A stretch of DNA of 64,000 nt from Fimbriosthenelais zetlandica (Eukaryota), in assembly GCA_977030845.1 (NCBI GenBank), contig OZ365112.1, positions 17,236,001 to 17,300,000 on the forward strand, in the 5' to 3' direction. The position numbers and the translations under genes are program-made. The number at the start of each line of letters is the position of its first letter. Position 1 is the stretch's first letter. This document shows positions 27,301 to 39,300 of this stretch, in pieces. A model generated the notes under the pieces. It saw nothing but the letters and a program-made list of their open reading frames with translations, had not been told where the DNA came from and ran no database searches.

Positions 27301-30300
27301 GTATTCCTGCATATTCTCCGCCTGGGACCTGAAGGGACCTGGGAGTTGATTACAATACTCCACTGGGAACCTTTGTTCACTCTCCCTGTCTCCTGTACTA
27401 AAGTCTTGTTACCTTTGTACACACAGATCCTATTACGAGGCTGCCTCTATAAAGTCTCTATTAAAGGCGTCATATTTTTCAATGAGAAAGGTACAATTTG
27501 TGAGGCAATAAGTCTGAAAAGTGAAACAGGACACCTTAAAGAAGCAGCACAATGGCGAGGTGCTAGTTTGCTCCGGTGTATTGTATCGCACTGTTTTCTT
27601 TGTTGCCAAATTCATGGTTCACATGCTCGCCGTGAAATTGTGCTTGAGGGTAGAAGGAGTCACTTTCACGCCTCGCTCTCTTTCTCTCTACCTCACAACG
27701 GTTGTAATGTCATGTGTGGCCTTCAATAAAACCGAAACTAAAAATTAGTAGACCCTAGGGGTGTGCCCACACAGACAACACTTGTACGCACCGTGCATTT
27801 CTCCATAAATATAGGCCTACATTCATGGACTTTCTTTGAGTATTCAATTAGTTGAATGATATAGGATCTTGGCCGCATATTTTTAGTGAGCATTGCTCTT
27901 TCCTATACTCTGGTCAGAGTAAGACCTAAAGGCCTGGCCTCTTTCCGGACCACATCCCCAGGGGTGTTCACTTCTTTTACTTCAGAATGCAAAGATCCCT
28001 AACCCGAGGCGTGTATTCACCACACCGAGGTGAGTTCAGTTAATCCATCGATCCTGCCCTCGGATCGGACAAAAGTAAATATTTCTGACAGGAATATTCA
28101 ATACTTCTTCGATTTTCTAACATATATAGAAGCGATAAATTCTCAACTGGGCCCCAGGGGTTTCTATATCCGAGATATACTAAACTATTCTATCTGAAGT
28201 TCAACAGTAGAGGTAGACCTATATTATTATATGGAAGAATAACAATTTCTCTTCAACCAATAAATTATTGATGACCTGTGGAAAGGGAGTGTTTTTCCGT
28301 CCCCAAGCACCCCCGTCACTCTAGGAATGGTAGCCATTATTTAGGAGGAGCAGGGTAGGCGATTCCTCGTCTCTACCGGCATTTTAATTCATTTATGTAT
28401 TTTTTTCTCAGTGTAACCATTTAGGTTGGATTTTGGTCGCCGTCCAGGAATGTATATTAGAGCTGACAATGGAGAAGCTATTGAGTGGGGGGGGGGGGAG
28501 AGGGGGGTGTAGTGTTGGAGGGGTACACTGTCCTTTCTCCATAGCCACCCACACGCATCCTGCACTGGGCATAAATCTCCAGCATATCCCTCATTCAGTT
28601 CATGCTAAAAAATGTAATCAAGTTTCGACTAGAACCAGGGGGCTGGTTTGAAAAATTCATGACTGTACTTGATATCCCCTGGGAAGCCTCAGAGCGGAAA
28701 ATGACAAAGATATCGATTCCAAAACTAATGGCTGATCAGGGCGAAGTTAGTTCTGCCTTTGGCGGTACGCCATCATTGGAAGCAATAAAACATGATATTA
28801 TTGCAGTCTTGATCTTCAGAAATTACTGGAAAAACCAAGCTCGCATGGATCGAGTATTGACAAAGGCGGAGAAGATCAGCCTTATTAAGCACTCCCTGCA
28901 CTCAGAGGTAAAGAGGGAGTGGGGATCTTCATAAATTTCTATTCGGAGTATTTATCTGTGTTGCATGTGATACGTTAGGACAGTATACCCAAATACACTG
29001 ACGTGCCATCAAAATGATGCCAAAAACAGAGCGGACATATTCTCATGATAAAGTCACAAAGGTTTCACGCAAACTCCGTTTGTCACGCAATTTAAGGTTC
29101 AAAAGCTTGTGATCATGACAGGTAGTTGAATGGCACCTTTAAGGATACCAGGACCAAATAACAAGTCCTTGTTGAGCTTAAAGAGCAATAATGAAAGAGT
29201 TTAAGTGCCACTGGATTTATACTTAAACCACAGTAAATATTGGTTCAATTAGCTACAATGTGAGAAAGACCAAAGCATAGTAGACCCCTTTCCTTGGCTG
29301 ATTTTGTAACACTGAGCATATATGTATAAAATGGGCTTGGGACGTCTACAGTAACTGTGCTGTTTCTTACTTAGATCTACAAAAGAGAAAGGATCTCATT
29401 GATGCAGTCTAATGATCCTTGGAGGACATCACTCGGCCGAGCATGGTGAGCAATAGAAGGGCGCCATGGTGGGTAATGGAGATGTATGGTCAATAAATGG
29501 ATGGTGAAGACGGCACTGCCAGAAAGCAGGGGCATGTCTGTTTTGCTGGGTTGTAGAGAGGTGGGAAACAAGAAGTTAGTTACGTCCTCATCTCAGCATC
29601 TAGAGAGGGTTTAGCCAGTTAAGTGGCATCCTGACATTTCTCTGCAGGTGTAGAAAAAAATCTACCAAAAAATCACCCATTCAATTGCCCAAAGTTCAAC
29701 TTGGTGCTTCAATTAAAGACTCATGAAATTCAAGCTGAGCTGCAACAGACAAACTGAAATAAGATTTACATTTGGAGCCACTGGTATTAAAGCTATGTTT
29801 TTTTATTAATAAAGAAAACGTTATTACGTCTGTATTTCTGAACCAAGTATGCCTCCATATATGTCTACGACTAACAGCAGACACTTAAAACCATGTTTTC
29901 CGTGGATCCATGCATAACCTGAACAAACAGGAGTGAGTAACATGACCATGCAGCCCCGGACAGGGACTCGTTTATCAATGCTCTTGAGTAAATTTGCTCA
30001 AAAAGTGCTCACAAAAGCCTAGAGACCTGGCTCTTGACATCAGGGGAGAGCTCACAGGCCATACACGAGCCCCCAACAGAGTTCTCATCCACTGGTAAAA
30101 GGGGCTCAGCGTTTTGAGGCAGATAGTTCAAATACTTCTACATTAAGGGAGTAAATATGGGGGTATCTGATGCCTAGATATCCCACATTCAGCCTCCTCC
30201 CTCGCTCCACCCACCAGTATATGACAAGCAACGATGATATCACAGATTGCAGGGGGAGAATTTGTTCTGGCCGTTTTTTAACATAAGTAAATATCTTGAA

Positions 30301-33300
30301 TGGCAATTTGGAATTCGGTTCAAAATACAAACCAAACACAAGAAAGAAGTACTGGGTTGAAATGTGGAAGTCTCGGGTGGAAATCCAAAGTAGAATTTCA
30401 AATGGCAAATCACTGTGAGAGATCTAATCACGCTAGGACGTCTGGGAAAAGGAAAGTTTTTAAAAGTTGTCAGATATGGTGATAACTAGAGGATGGGGAG
30501 GCAGGGTGAATGACAAGGCAGCGTGGAGCAGAATGATTGTTTCTGTCAGGGAGCAGGGTTGGTGGACAGGTAGCAGGGTATAGGTAGGCTGCAAGTCATG
30601 GGTTGTTTTTAAAGGCAAGCTCTAATGGTGAAAGCCTTCTGATACTCATACCAACCAGCTGAGAGAAGAGCACCTCACCAGCCCATACTCTCTCCAGACC
30701 CTTATCTTTGCACTAAGAACAAGAGCTATGCAATCAAAGCTACTAGGGCGATGAGAGAGGCTGGAGAGAGAAAGTTATCTGGGCGGAGCTGGCTACCGCT
30801 CGTTAACATGCTGAGCATGTAACACGTGAAGCATGGTAATGGAACGAGAATCACTCACACATGTCAGCACGTGACTCTCGTCACATCTCGCCGCTCACCG
30901 CGAGACTTCACCTTACCATAACCACACCTTACAGGCGGAAAAACACTGGCCTCGTCAAAGCTGGGCGGAGAGGGGCAGCACCGTGAATAATCAGTACATG
31001 ATGAAATATGTCTCTCTCTTCAAATGTCGTTTGACTTTAAAATTCTTTGATTAAATGACATAAAAACGGGGGAATGTCTTCCATGCGGAAATTACCCTTA
31101 TATTACAGCGATGTAAGACTGGTCAAAGGGAGGTATGATGGAATTTGAATGATCATTGGCTAGTTAATTCCTTAATAAATTTACCAAAGGGCAAGGCATG
31201 GGGAGGAGAGGATGGGTTTAATTATAGCCTGGTGGTATTGATTATAAGTGATGACTATATATCTCAATCACACATGTACCTCAATATTAACCCCTCTCTA
31301 CATGCCACTGGCTTCCCGTACCATCTGTCCTCCACACTGGCATTAGGTAAGGCTTCAGCTGGGTGATCACAAGACTCTCTATAAAGTAGAAATGTGCACC
31401 TGACAGCATAGCTTTTAACTTCCAACCCTATACTCTATGTCACAGCACTTATACACCTGGATGTGTAGTTTAAGTACTGGATCTGGGCTATAAACTGGTC
31501 CCCAATATAGACAGCTAAAGACATTTTCCAGATCAACATGTCAAAGATGAATTATGAGGATCAGGGAAGTAGGGTGGGGCTTCCAAGAACTCTGACTAGA
31601 GGTGCACTGTCTAAGTGTATAGGATTAAAATGAAGAGAATGGAAGGCTTATTAGGGAGAGTTAGCGGGGAGACAGCCCCCTCGGGAAATAGGCTGCTAAG
31701 ACAGGCCAATGGAATAGATGGAACAGATGGATTAATTCTCATAAGGCATGGTTTTAAACTTATTTCACAGGATACCAATGACGAATGTATATTTCTTTAA
31801 GGAATGCATACTTATAAGTGGGTATTCTACTCTAAAATGAAATCGGAGAATGACCGCAGGTGCCTTTCTCAGAAGAGCTATGATTCAGTGAGTGACATGT
31901 TCCCAGCGTCAGTTTTCTTAACTACAGGGCCATATGGCATCTTAATCAATCACTACATCTGTGTATGTCATTTAGAAACATGGTCTCCACATAGAATGTT
32001 TGTTATCGAGGACACCAGCACTACAATGCCCCGAGGTTTTTCAGCTCCAGCTCTCATATATAAATGACCTCAATCCTACTCGAGCTTCTCCACCATTCAT
32101 GAGCAGATGAGTATATTTCCCACAGCACGGAGGGCATTTATGTCATCACTGCCTGAACTGATCATTTTATCATTTATTGGCAATTTATCACAATCCATAT
32201 AATATAAATATTCCCATGCTTTATTACAATATCCATTGTTGCATTAGACTCCACTTCGGTTCATTGTATGATATATATGGTATATGCACCTAGGGCAATG
32301 ACTATGTCCTTAATATACTGAGACATTCTGGCGCTATAGTGATGACTTATCATTCCCTAATCCCCAGCACCTGATCTCCCAACTATTTCCACCGTGATTA
32401 AGGTTCTGTTCAGTGATAAAATGTGTCACCTGCTGTTCTTAATAAACACGGCAGCTCCTCTCAGTTCAAAGGCTCACTACTCGCCTTTCTGGACAGGGTG
32501 AGAAGGGCAGAAGTCAGGGAATCATTTCTCTCCCTCGTCCCTCCCTCTGATTACTCGGCCACGTTGGCTTTTTACTTCCTCTGCCTCTAGTCAAGATTGG
32601 ATTTTCAGGAAGCATCCATCAAAAAAAAGATGTTTCCTTCATCGATTTCAGAGCAAGGAAAAAGTGTTCATTATTGTTGGGACAGTTTGGAATCTGGGAA
32701 TGAACAAGTTAAATTAGAAATTCCAACAACGATTTCGGAGGCAACTGCGTAATTGAGGGAGGATGGAACGTGTTTGGGAGCATACTTTAATAGCGCCGCG
32801 TGGGAGAGTAGTTAAAGCGTGAGAGGCATCATGATCTCTTGCTTTCTGCACTGATATTTGAGAGGAGAAAACTAAAACGAAAAGTCTGAAATTGCAGTCA
32901 TGAACAAATGGGGATCTTCAGGAAGTTGAACTTTCCGATTTTAACAGAAAATCTTCAACAAACTTTCAGAGGAGTAGTTCTCATAACAACATTAAATTAT
33001 TCTGCCTCCCATGAAGATGACCACAAAAATAGTTTGAATTTCTTGTTAAGATTCGTGGCAGGTATTCAATTTTGAGAGGTAAGTCCCCAGGATAGGTATA
33101 TACAAATAAGACATTGTCCCATTGTTAGAAAAAAAGTTTTATAAATCCACTAAATTCAGTTAAATTCATTCGTACTCGGGGGATAAATATTGGTATTGAA
33201 TCTTTAAGGACTCCTTGGCTCAGTGAACCCTTAAAACAAAGTCGAAGCACAAACTGTGCAGAGCGAGTAAGAGGAGGACCCTTTAGGTAGGAGAGTATGG

Positions 33301-36300
33301 TATTCTGTTTGTATTTTTAATGGAAGGAAACATGGGAGACCTTAGTGGAGAACCGTGTCTGAGAGGGAGGCTTAGAAAGCTGGAGGCGTGAAGGCTAATA
33401 GAGGACTGGCCATAACAAGGGACATTGGGAACGGCTACACAGCATAATTGTGACAATTGTTAATGAATAAGCCGTTAATACTTTATACGTGGTTGTGGAC
33501 TGATACAGTCTCTAGACTAATAAATTGGTCGAGATTGCAATGGTGTGATAGCAATATCATATAAAGAGACATCATTAGTATTAGGAAACACTTGTAGGAA
33601 TAATTTTCTTCGGGACTGGATCATTAAATATTAGTGATTAAACTCTGATCATAGGAGAAATTTAAAGCTGGAAACATTCTCACTATTGCCACCATGAATC
33701 ATAAGTTCTGATGGTTCCCTGGGCCAGCTTGGCAGTGAATTTGGTCAGGTTTTAGTGGGATTGGTGAGGATTACCCTTCGATTCCTTCCAGCTAAACATG
33801 ACTCGCCCCGCTTCCCGCGCCCAGTTTACCTTGCTGCGTGCCGCGGTGCGAGGGGAAGCACAACTGGCAAGTTTTTCCACATCTTACAAAGGTCCCGATT
33901 CATTCTGCTGACTTCAGTCTGGGGATAATATTTACCAAGACACGACAGGATGTGCGCGCATCCCCGGGGAATCTTATATGGGGACGCCTGTGTGTCGTGG
34001 CTGCGTTTATGAAATACGAGCGCTTTGGTATTCTTTACTGCACGATTTATCTCCCTTAATTCTCCTTTTTCATGCAAATCCATGTGAATAAAAAGTGTGG
34101 TGAAATATCGCATGATAAAAGAGCGCGATAACTCAAAGAGTTCAAGCAGGTGTATGGATGGCCGATGCTCAGTCATCATGGATCACTTTATATCTACTCC
34201 TTTATACTGCTTTTTGCTGCAGATCTTAATCCAATGGCGGACCATGCATACTGCTATATTAATAATTACAGGACTCTGCTTAAAACATGGACCCCAAAGT
34301 TGGACTGGAGACATGTGTGCAATACTATCTCGGAAATGTCAACTCTTCCCATATTCATTAATCAAAACCAGTTAGTCAGAATATGAGGGGTTCATTATGC
34401 AAAAAGCATGCGAATTAATCCCTTCTTGGAGATCTGTGTTAAGTGCACCAAAGCTCCTCAGCTTGATTAAATATAATTACTTGGGTTGGCCGGGCAGATG
34501 GCGTGAAACATTCAATCAGCTCAGCGAATGGCCATGTGCATGTCTCTATAAAAACGGTCCACAAACCCTTACATGGAAATGAAATATGTGTGTAATGCAT
34601 TTTCTTGTCTCTGATGCATTAAAAAAGACTTGAACACAATAAACCCCTGATAAAAGAATACATAGAAATTGTCACTGCTACAAAAACCTGACAAGGGAAA
34701 TAATTCACCCAAATCATGAATGATATGCCAGTTTCAGACACAATGAGACATGTATGCTGGAGATATTAAAAGTTACAGTCGGACAAAGTCCCATAGATGA
34801 GCCTTTTCATGGAAACAGGCAACGATTTTGAAAAAGTTCCTGACGATGCCTTTCATATCCTATCCTATACAAATTCCCCACAATTGAGCGGAACATCTCG
34901 CGAAAATCCATTTGCATTAAGTGCAAAATGAAATAGGAGCAGGACTTCTAAAATGCTCAAAACCATTGCAACTGTCCAAGGACAAAAGCAATTCAGCAGA
35001 AGGTAACAATAGGGTTGTTTGCATGTATTCGCTGTACCCCTCCTCTATCTCTGGTCAACAGAAAACATTTTCTATTCAACACTTGAGGGGGCAAATTGGT
35101 GATGAGGGTAAAAACATCCTCTGCACTGTCTGCCTGGAATGCTAATCTCCGTCCTGAAGGTAAATTGGTCACAACGGACTATTGATAGGCGGAGGTTGCC
35201 TCCACTAATGGAGGCCGAGCCATTATTCACTGCTGATCATGCCCACCTTCCTGTCTTACCAATGCTTCTTCCCACTCATCCACAAACAATTCGGAAACCT
35301 CCACAATACACAACCATTCTATTCACCTTTGCTTTATTTGTAAAAAGCAATGCCAATGACTTCTTGATGAGATTATGGTTTTGTAATTGCCTAAAATACT
35401 TATTAATGAATCATTAGTAAGGGGAGGGCTTCAGAAGGTCCCACGTTGTATCTATAGGAGTAACACTGTGTCTATAATAAGTCCACACTTGTGGTCCGTA
35501 GGGTTAAAGGCTTCCCTCGTGATACTCAGTGAATCGGGAGTATCAGGGTCTCTTTTCCATGTGACTGGTCAGGGAGAATGGGATGACAAGTTTTCAAGAG
35601 CTGTTCTGACTGCCTTTACAAACAGTCCCACAAAGTGAACCATTCAATGACTGGCAGTGCACACAGTGCAAACACAAGCAAATACTCTACCTCATGCTTC
35701 AATGTAATGGTCAACGACTGAGGGTAAACCTCTGTATATATCCTGTCGATAGATACCACCAAGTCCTTTATATCAACCAGCGACAAAGCCATCTACCGTG
35801 ATACCACTCTTCAATGAGCACGGACATAAAAGGGCAAATCTGACATGAGATAGTTGATCATAACACAGTTTTGCTTCTTCTTTGACTACAGCATCCTTGC
35901 TATTGGGGTCATTGTTCGGACAGGCATGAAAATGACCCATGAAATTTGGACGTTGTTTAGGGCAGTTGAGAAGTTAGTACGTGGAGCAGGGAAATGTTCC
36001 CGGAGGTAGAGTGTACCACATGTGGTGCCATAGACCAAGGATGGGGGCAGGCCAAGCGCAAAGATACCCGATCATTTCATCCTCTGGGAAGGGGGAGGGG
36101 TAAGCTTATAATGCTTTACAAGTCCTCTCCTAAATCCTAATCCCAACCACAGGTTAAATATTGATATTAATTAATGTTGTAGTCAGATGCAATCTTTATG
36201 GGGATTATAATAACATAGTTTTTAGATTGTATAACACCAATACTATAGTGAAATCAGACTTTCCGTGGGGCTAAGGTTTCCTTACTTTGCTAAGTTACTG

Positions 36301-39300
36301 AGTAAGAAAGGTAAAACTGATGGGAAAAGGTCTCGGTATCAAATTACATTTATCTAACATAGAACTCTGTGTCTATGTGATGTATTGGTATTGAGGGACT
36401 ACAATGGGATACTGTTCAAATGAACACGGGACACCGATATACAGTGTAGTCGTACTGTAGGATCAACTCCAGGCAAAAGTCAGCAGCAATTACTATAGAA
36501 TATCCACAGCAATGTGAAAATGAACGCCCAGGCAATCTCCTCCCGAACCAAGTTTTATGTAAGCCAATATGACTGTCTGTCACCTTATTCCCAACTGCAT
36601 CAGATCCTTCCATTCTGATCTATTCGCCGGACAAAACATGATAGGCATTGGTATGTGGATCTTGAATCTTTATACGTTCTACAGCCCCCCTAGGGTTTAG
36701 GATCGATAGAAAGCTTATGGATTCACATATAGCTTGTGGAGATAGGACATGTGGTGGTACTATTTTATAAGAAGGGCCTGTGGTCTCGGTGGGAAACACA
36801 ACACACCCACTGAGGCAGCTTTTCCGCCTGCATATGGATAAGAGTCTTGCATCATAATGTGGCTATGGAAATGGCAGTCCTCAATATACTAATTTCCCAG
36901 CACAATAATATGTGCAAACAAACTTACAGACATACAGACACAAAAAGTGTCCATATACCCATCTGTAGGCTTTTCTATAGAAAACCTCAATGCGGAAACC
37001 TTTTCTGGAAAGTTTCCACATGAATGGCGAATTCACCAGCCATTTCAAAGTAAGTACGTCTTTAGGTGGCAAAATGACATGCCTGCCATAAAGCAACAGT
37101 TCCATGTACTACTTATTCCGACCTCTGGCTCCACCGCTTATCAAAGTTCTAGAAGGTCCCCTGTAGATTCCTCATGAGAGGAGAATCTATTTTCTTCCCG
37201 TCCAAGTGACAGTTCCCTTCTTGTAATCGATTTAATCCCACCTCTACTGGTTAGGGTGTCAGCGGGATCGGCTTATGGCGCGCTCCAGCTTTGATCCAAT
37301 ATTCTGGACTGTTCAGAATGTATGCCTTTTGAGGTGCAATAATCGGCAGTAATATATTACCTGGTGACTCAATGGCAACTGATACTTTATTCAGCTATAT
37401 TTATAAGTCACTGAACTACTGACAGTAATGTGTGACCTCTTTTTCATTTCACATATAATTCAATTTGATAAATGTGCATTACCTGGTAGGAGGAGGCAGG
37501 TCTTTTGGGGGATGACCCCATATCGATGATGTGACTTTGGGAGGGTCAGCAGGAGTTCTCTACTTGCATGCTGACAGGTCCAGGTAGAGGGCTAGTGATC
37601 ACCTAATGGATCCATCCTATCTCTACCACTCAAACTGACAAACACACCAACATACTTGTACTGCTTCAGAAGCAGGTGGAAAGGATCAAGCCAAAACTCC
37701 CTCATGACAGCTCCTATCATTTCACAGAACTTTGTAATGGGCTTTTGGACATTAAAAAACTGATAGGATGAAGTGAAATTTTAAAAATGTATTTGCCTTC
37801 AAGCAGATCTGCATCTCCTCTGAGTTTCGGGGAATATGGCTTAGTTTTAGCTACGAGCTTAATTTCAAGTGGAATTTGAAAACCACCTTATCATGGCTGC
37901 CATCTCAACTCAGCTGACATTAGGGAGGAAAGCAGTTTGCTGTCATATTATGTGACAAAAGGCCTTTCTGTACGGAAAAGCAATCAATTACGGATGTTGG
38001 GACTCAGAGGGTTTAATTAATTGGATCAAAGGGAAAGTGTATAAAGCAGAATATGATGTGGGAAGCCATGCCCATTGGATTAGTGTCATTCCCTCCCTCC
38101 TGACACCCGTTTTTCCAATACACATCTGATTTCCTGCAAATGAGATAAGGGAAGCCTCCCTAATGCCAACACTATATTTTTGGTTTAAATTACTACGGGA
38201 TTTGTTACCACCCTAACACAAAACATCTTTCGTCATCTCATGCCCTTATCTTCGTTGTCATTGGTTGACAGGAGATAAAACATAAGCAGGATCATTTAAT
38301 ATTCGACCTGTACTCTTGGAAGGAAACTAAATTTTAATGACAAAGCAATCTGGCCCTAAACAGAACCACTCGCGTAAACAAAAATTTGATAAAGAGGAGA
38401 GAGATTTAGGAGCCACGAGGATCATTCCAAAATTGAAAGTTTCCTGGGTTTTCGGAACTTTGTCTTGACCTAATATGATTCATGGCATATAAAATACTAA
38501 TGCTTTAGTAGACAAACTAAGGTCAGAAAGTACCCGGATTTACTAGTGCAGCGTTAAGAGAGAAGTAAAAGCACCAAGGAGGTCACATTGTGGCCACATC
38601 TTAAGGACCTCAGCTAACCCTGCCACCATAAATATTGAAAGATCTCGTTCAGTTACATACATCAGTGGCCAGGCCAGAAAATGGTAATGCTCTGGGACGA
38701 GATTACCACAGACGTCAGAAAGCAATCTGATATGGGCAACAGAATTATCACCGGACAATCAAAGGCCCTTCCTGGACTGGTGCTGGTGGATTTGATTAGG
38801 GACAGGAATGGCTGATCAGCAGCAGGGAGGTGGAAGTTACCTCACATCTTACCTCTACTGGGGCTGATCCCTTATCCCTCTCAACCCATCCGGGGATAGT
38901 GCCTTCCACTTAGAAGAGATTAAGATTATCCCAGAGGACCATTGGTCTGATTGGCTGCCTTATATAATGGGACATTACCAATCACTATCCACTATTCTAG
39001 GGGTGTGGCCAGAAATTCAAATGGCACTCTGGCTGGCAATATAGCAATTACATTGTACCTGAACTGAAGCCTTAGAATATCAAGACTGCTAGCAAAGGCT
39101 TGCACAATAAACCATTGATACTCTGATTTAGTGAATTTCCCACACACAAGCATAACACAGGCTAGAGTGCCATGGCTTCATCAGAGCAATTTCCTTTACC
39201 TTGAATAATATCCTCAATATAAACAAGAGACCTAAAAATTTACCTGTATGGCAGTTTTGGATAACATACCAGCGCTACATAGCCCTTGCACACCAAATAC

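Noticed and set aside
27250-27729. 159-aa + ORF
   Set aside because: No domain, no compositional signature of coding DNA, no splice context
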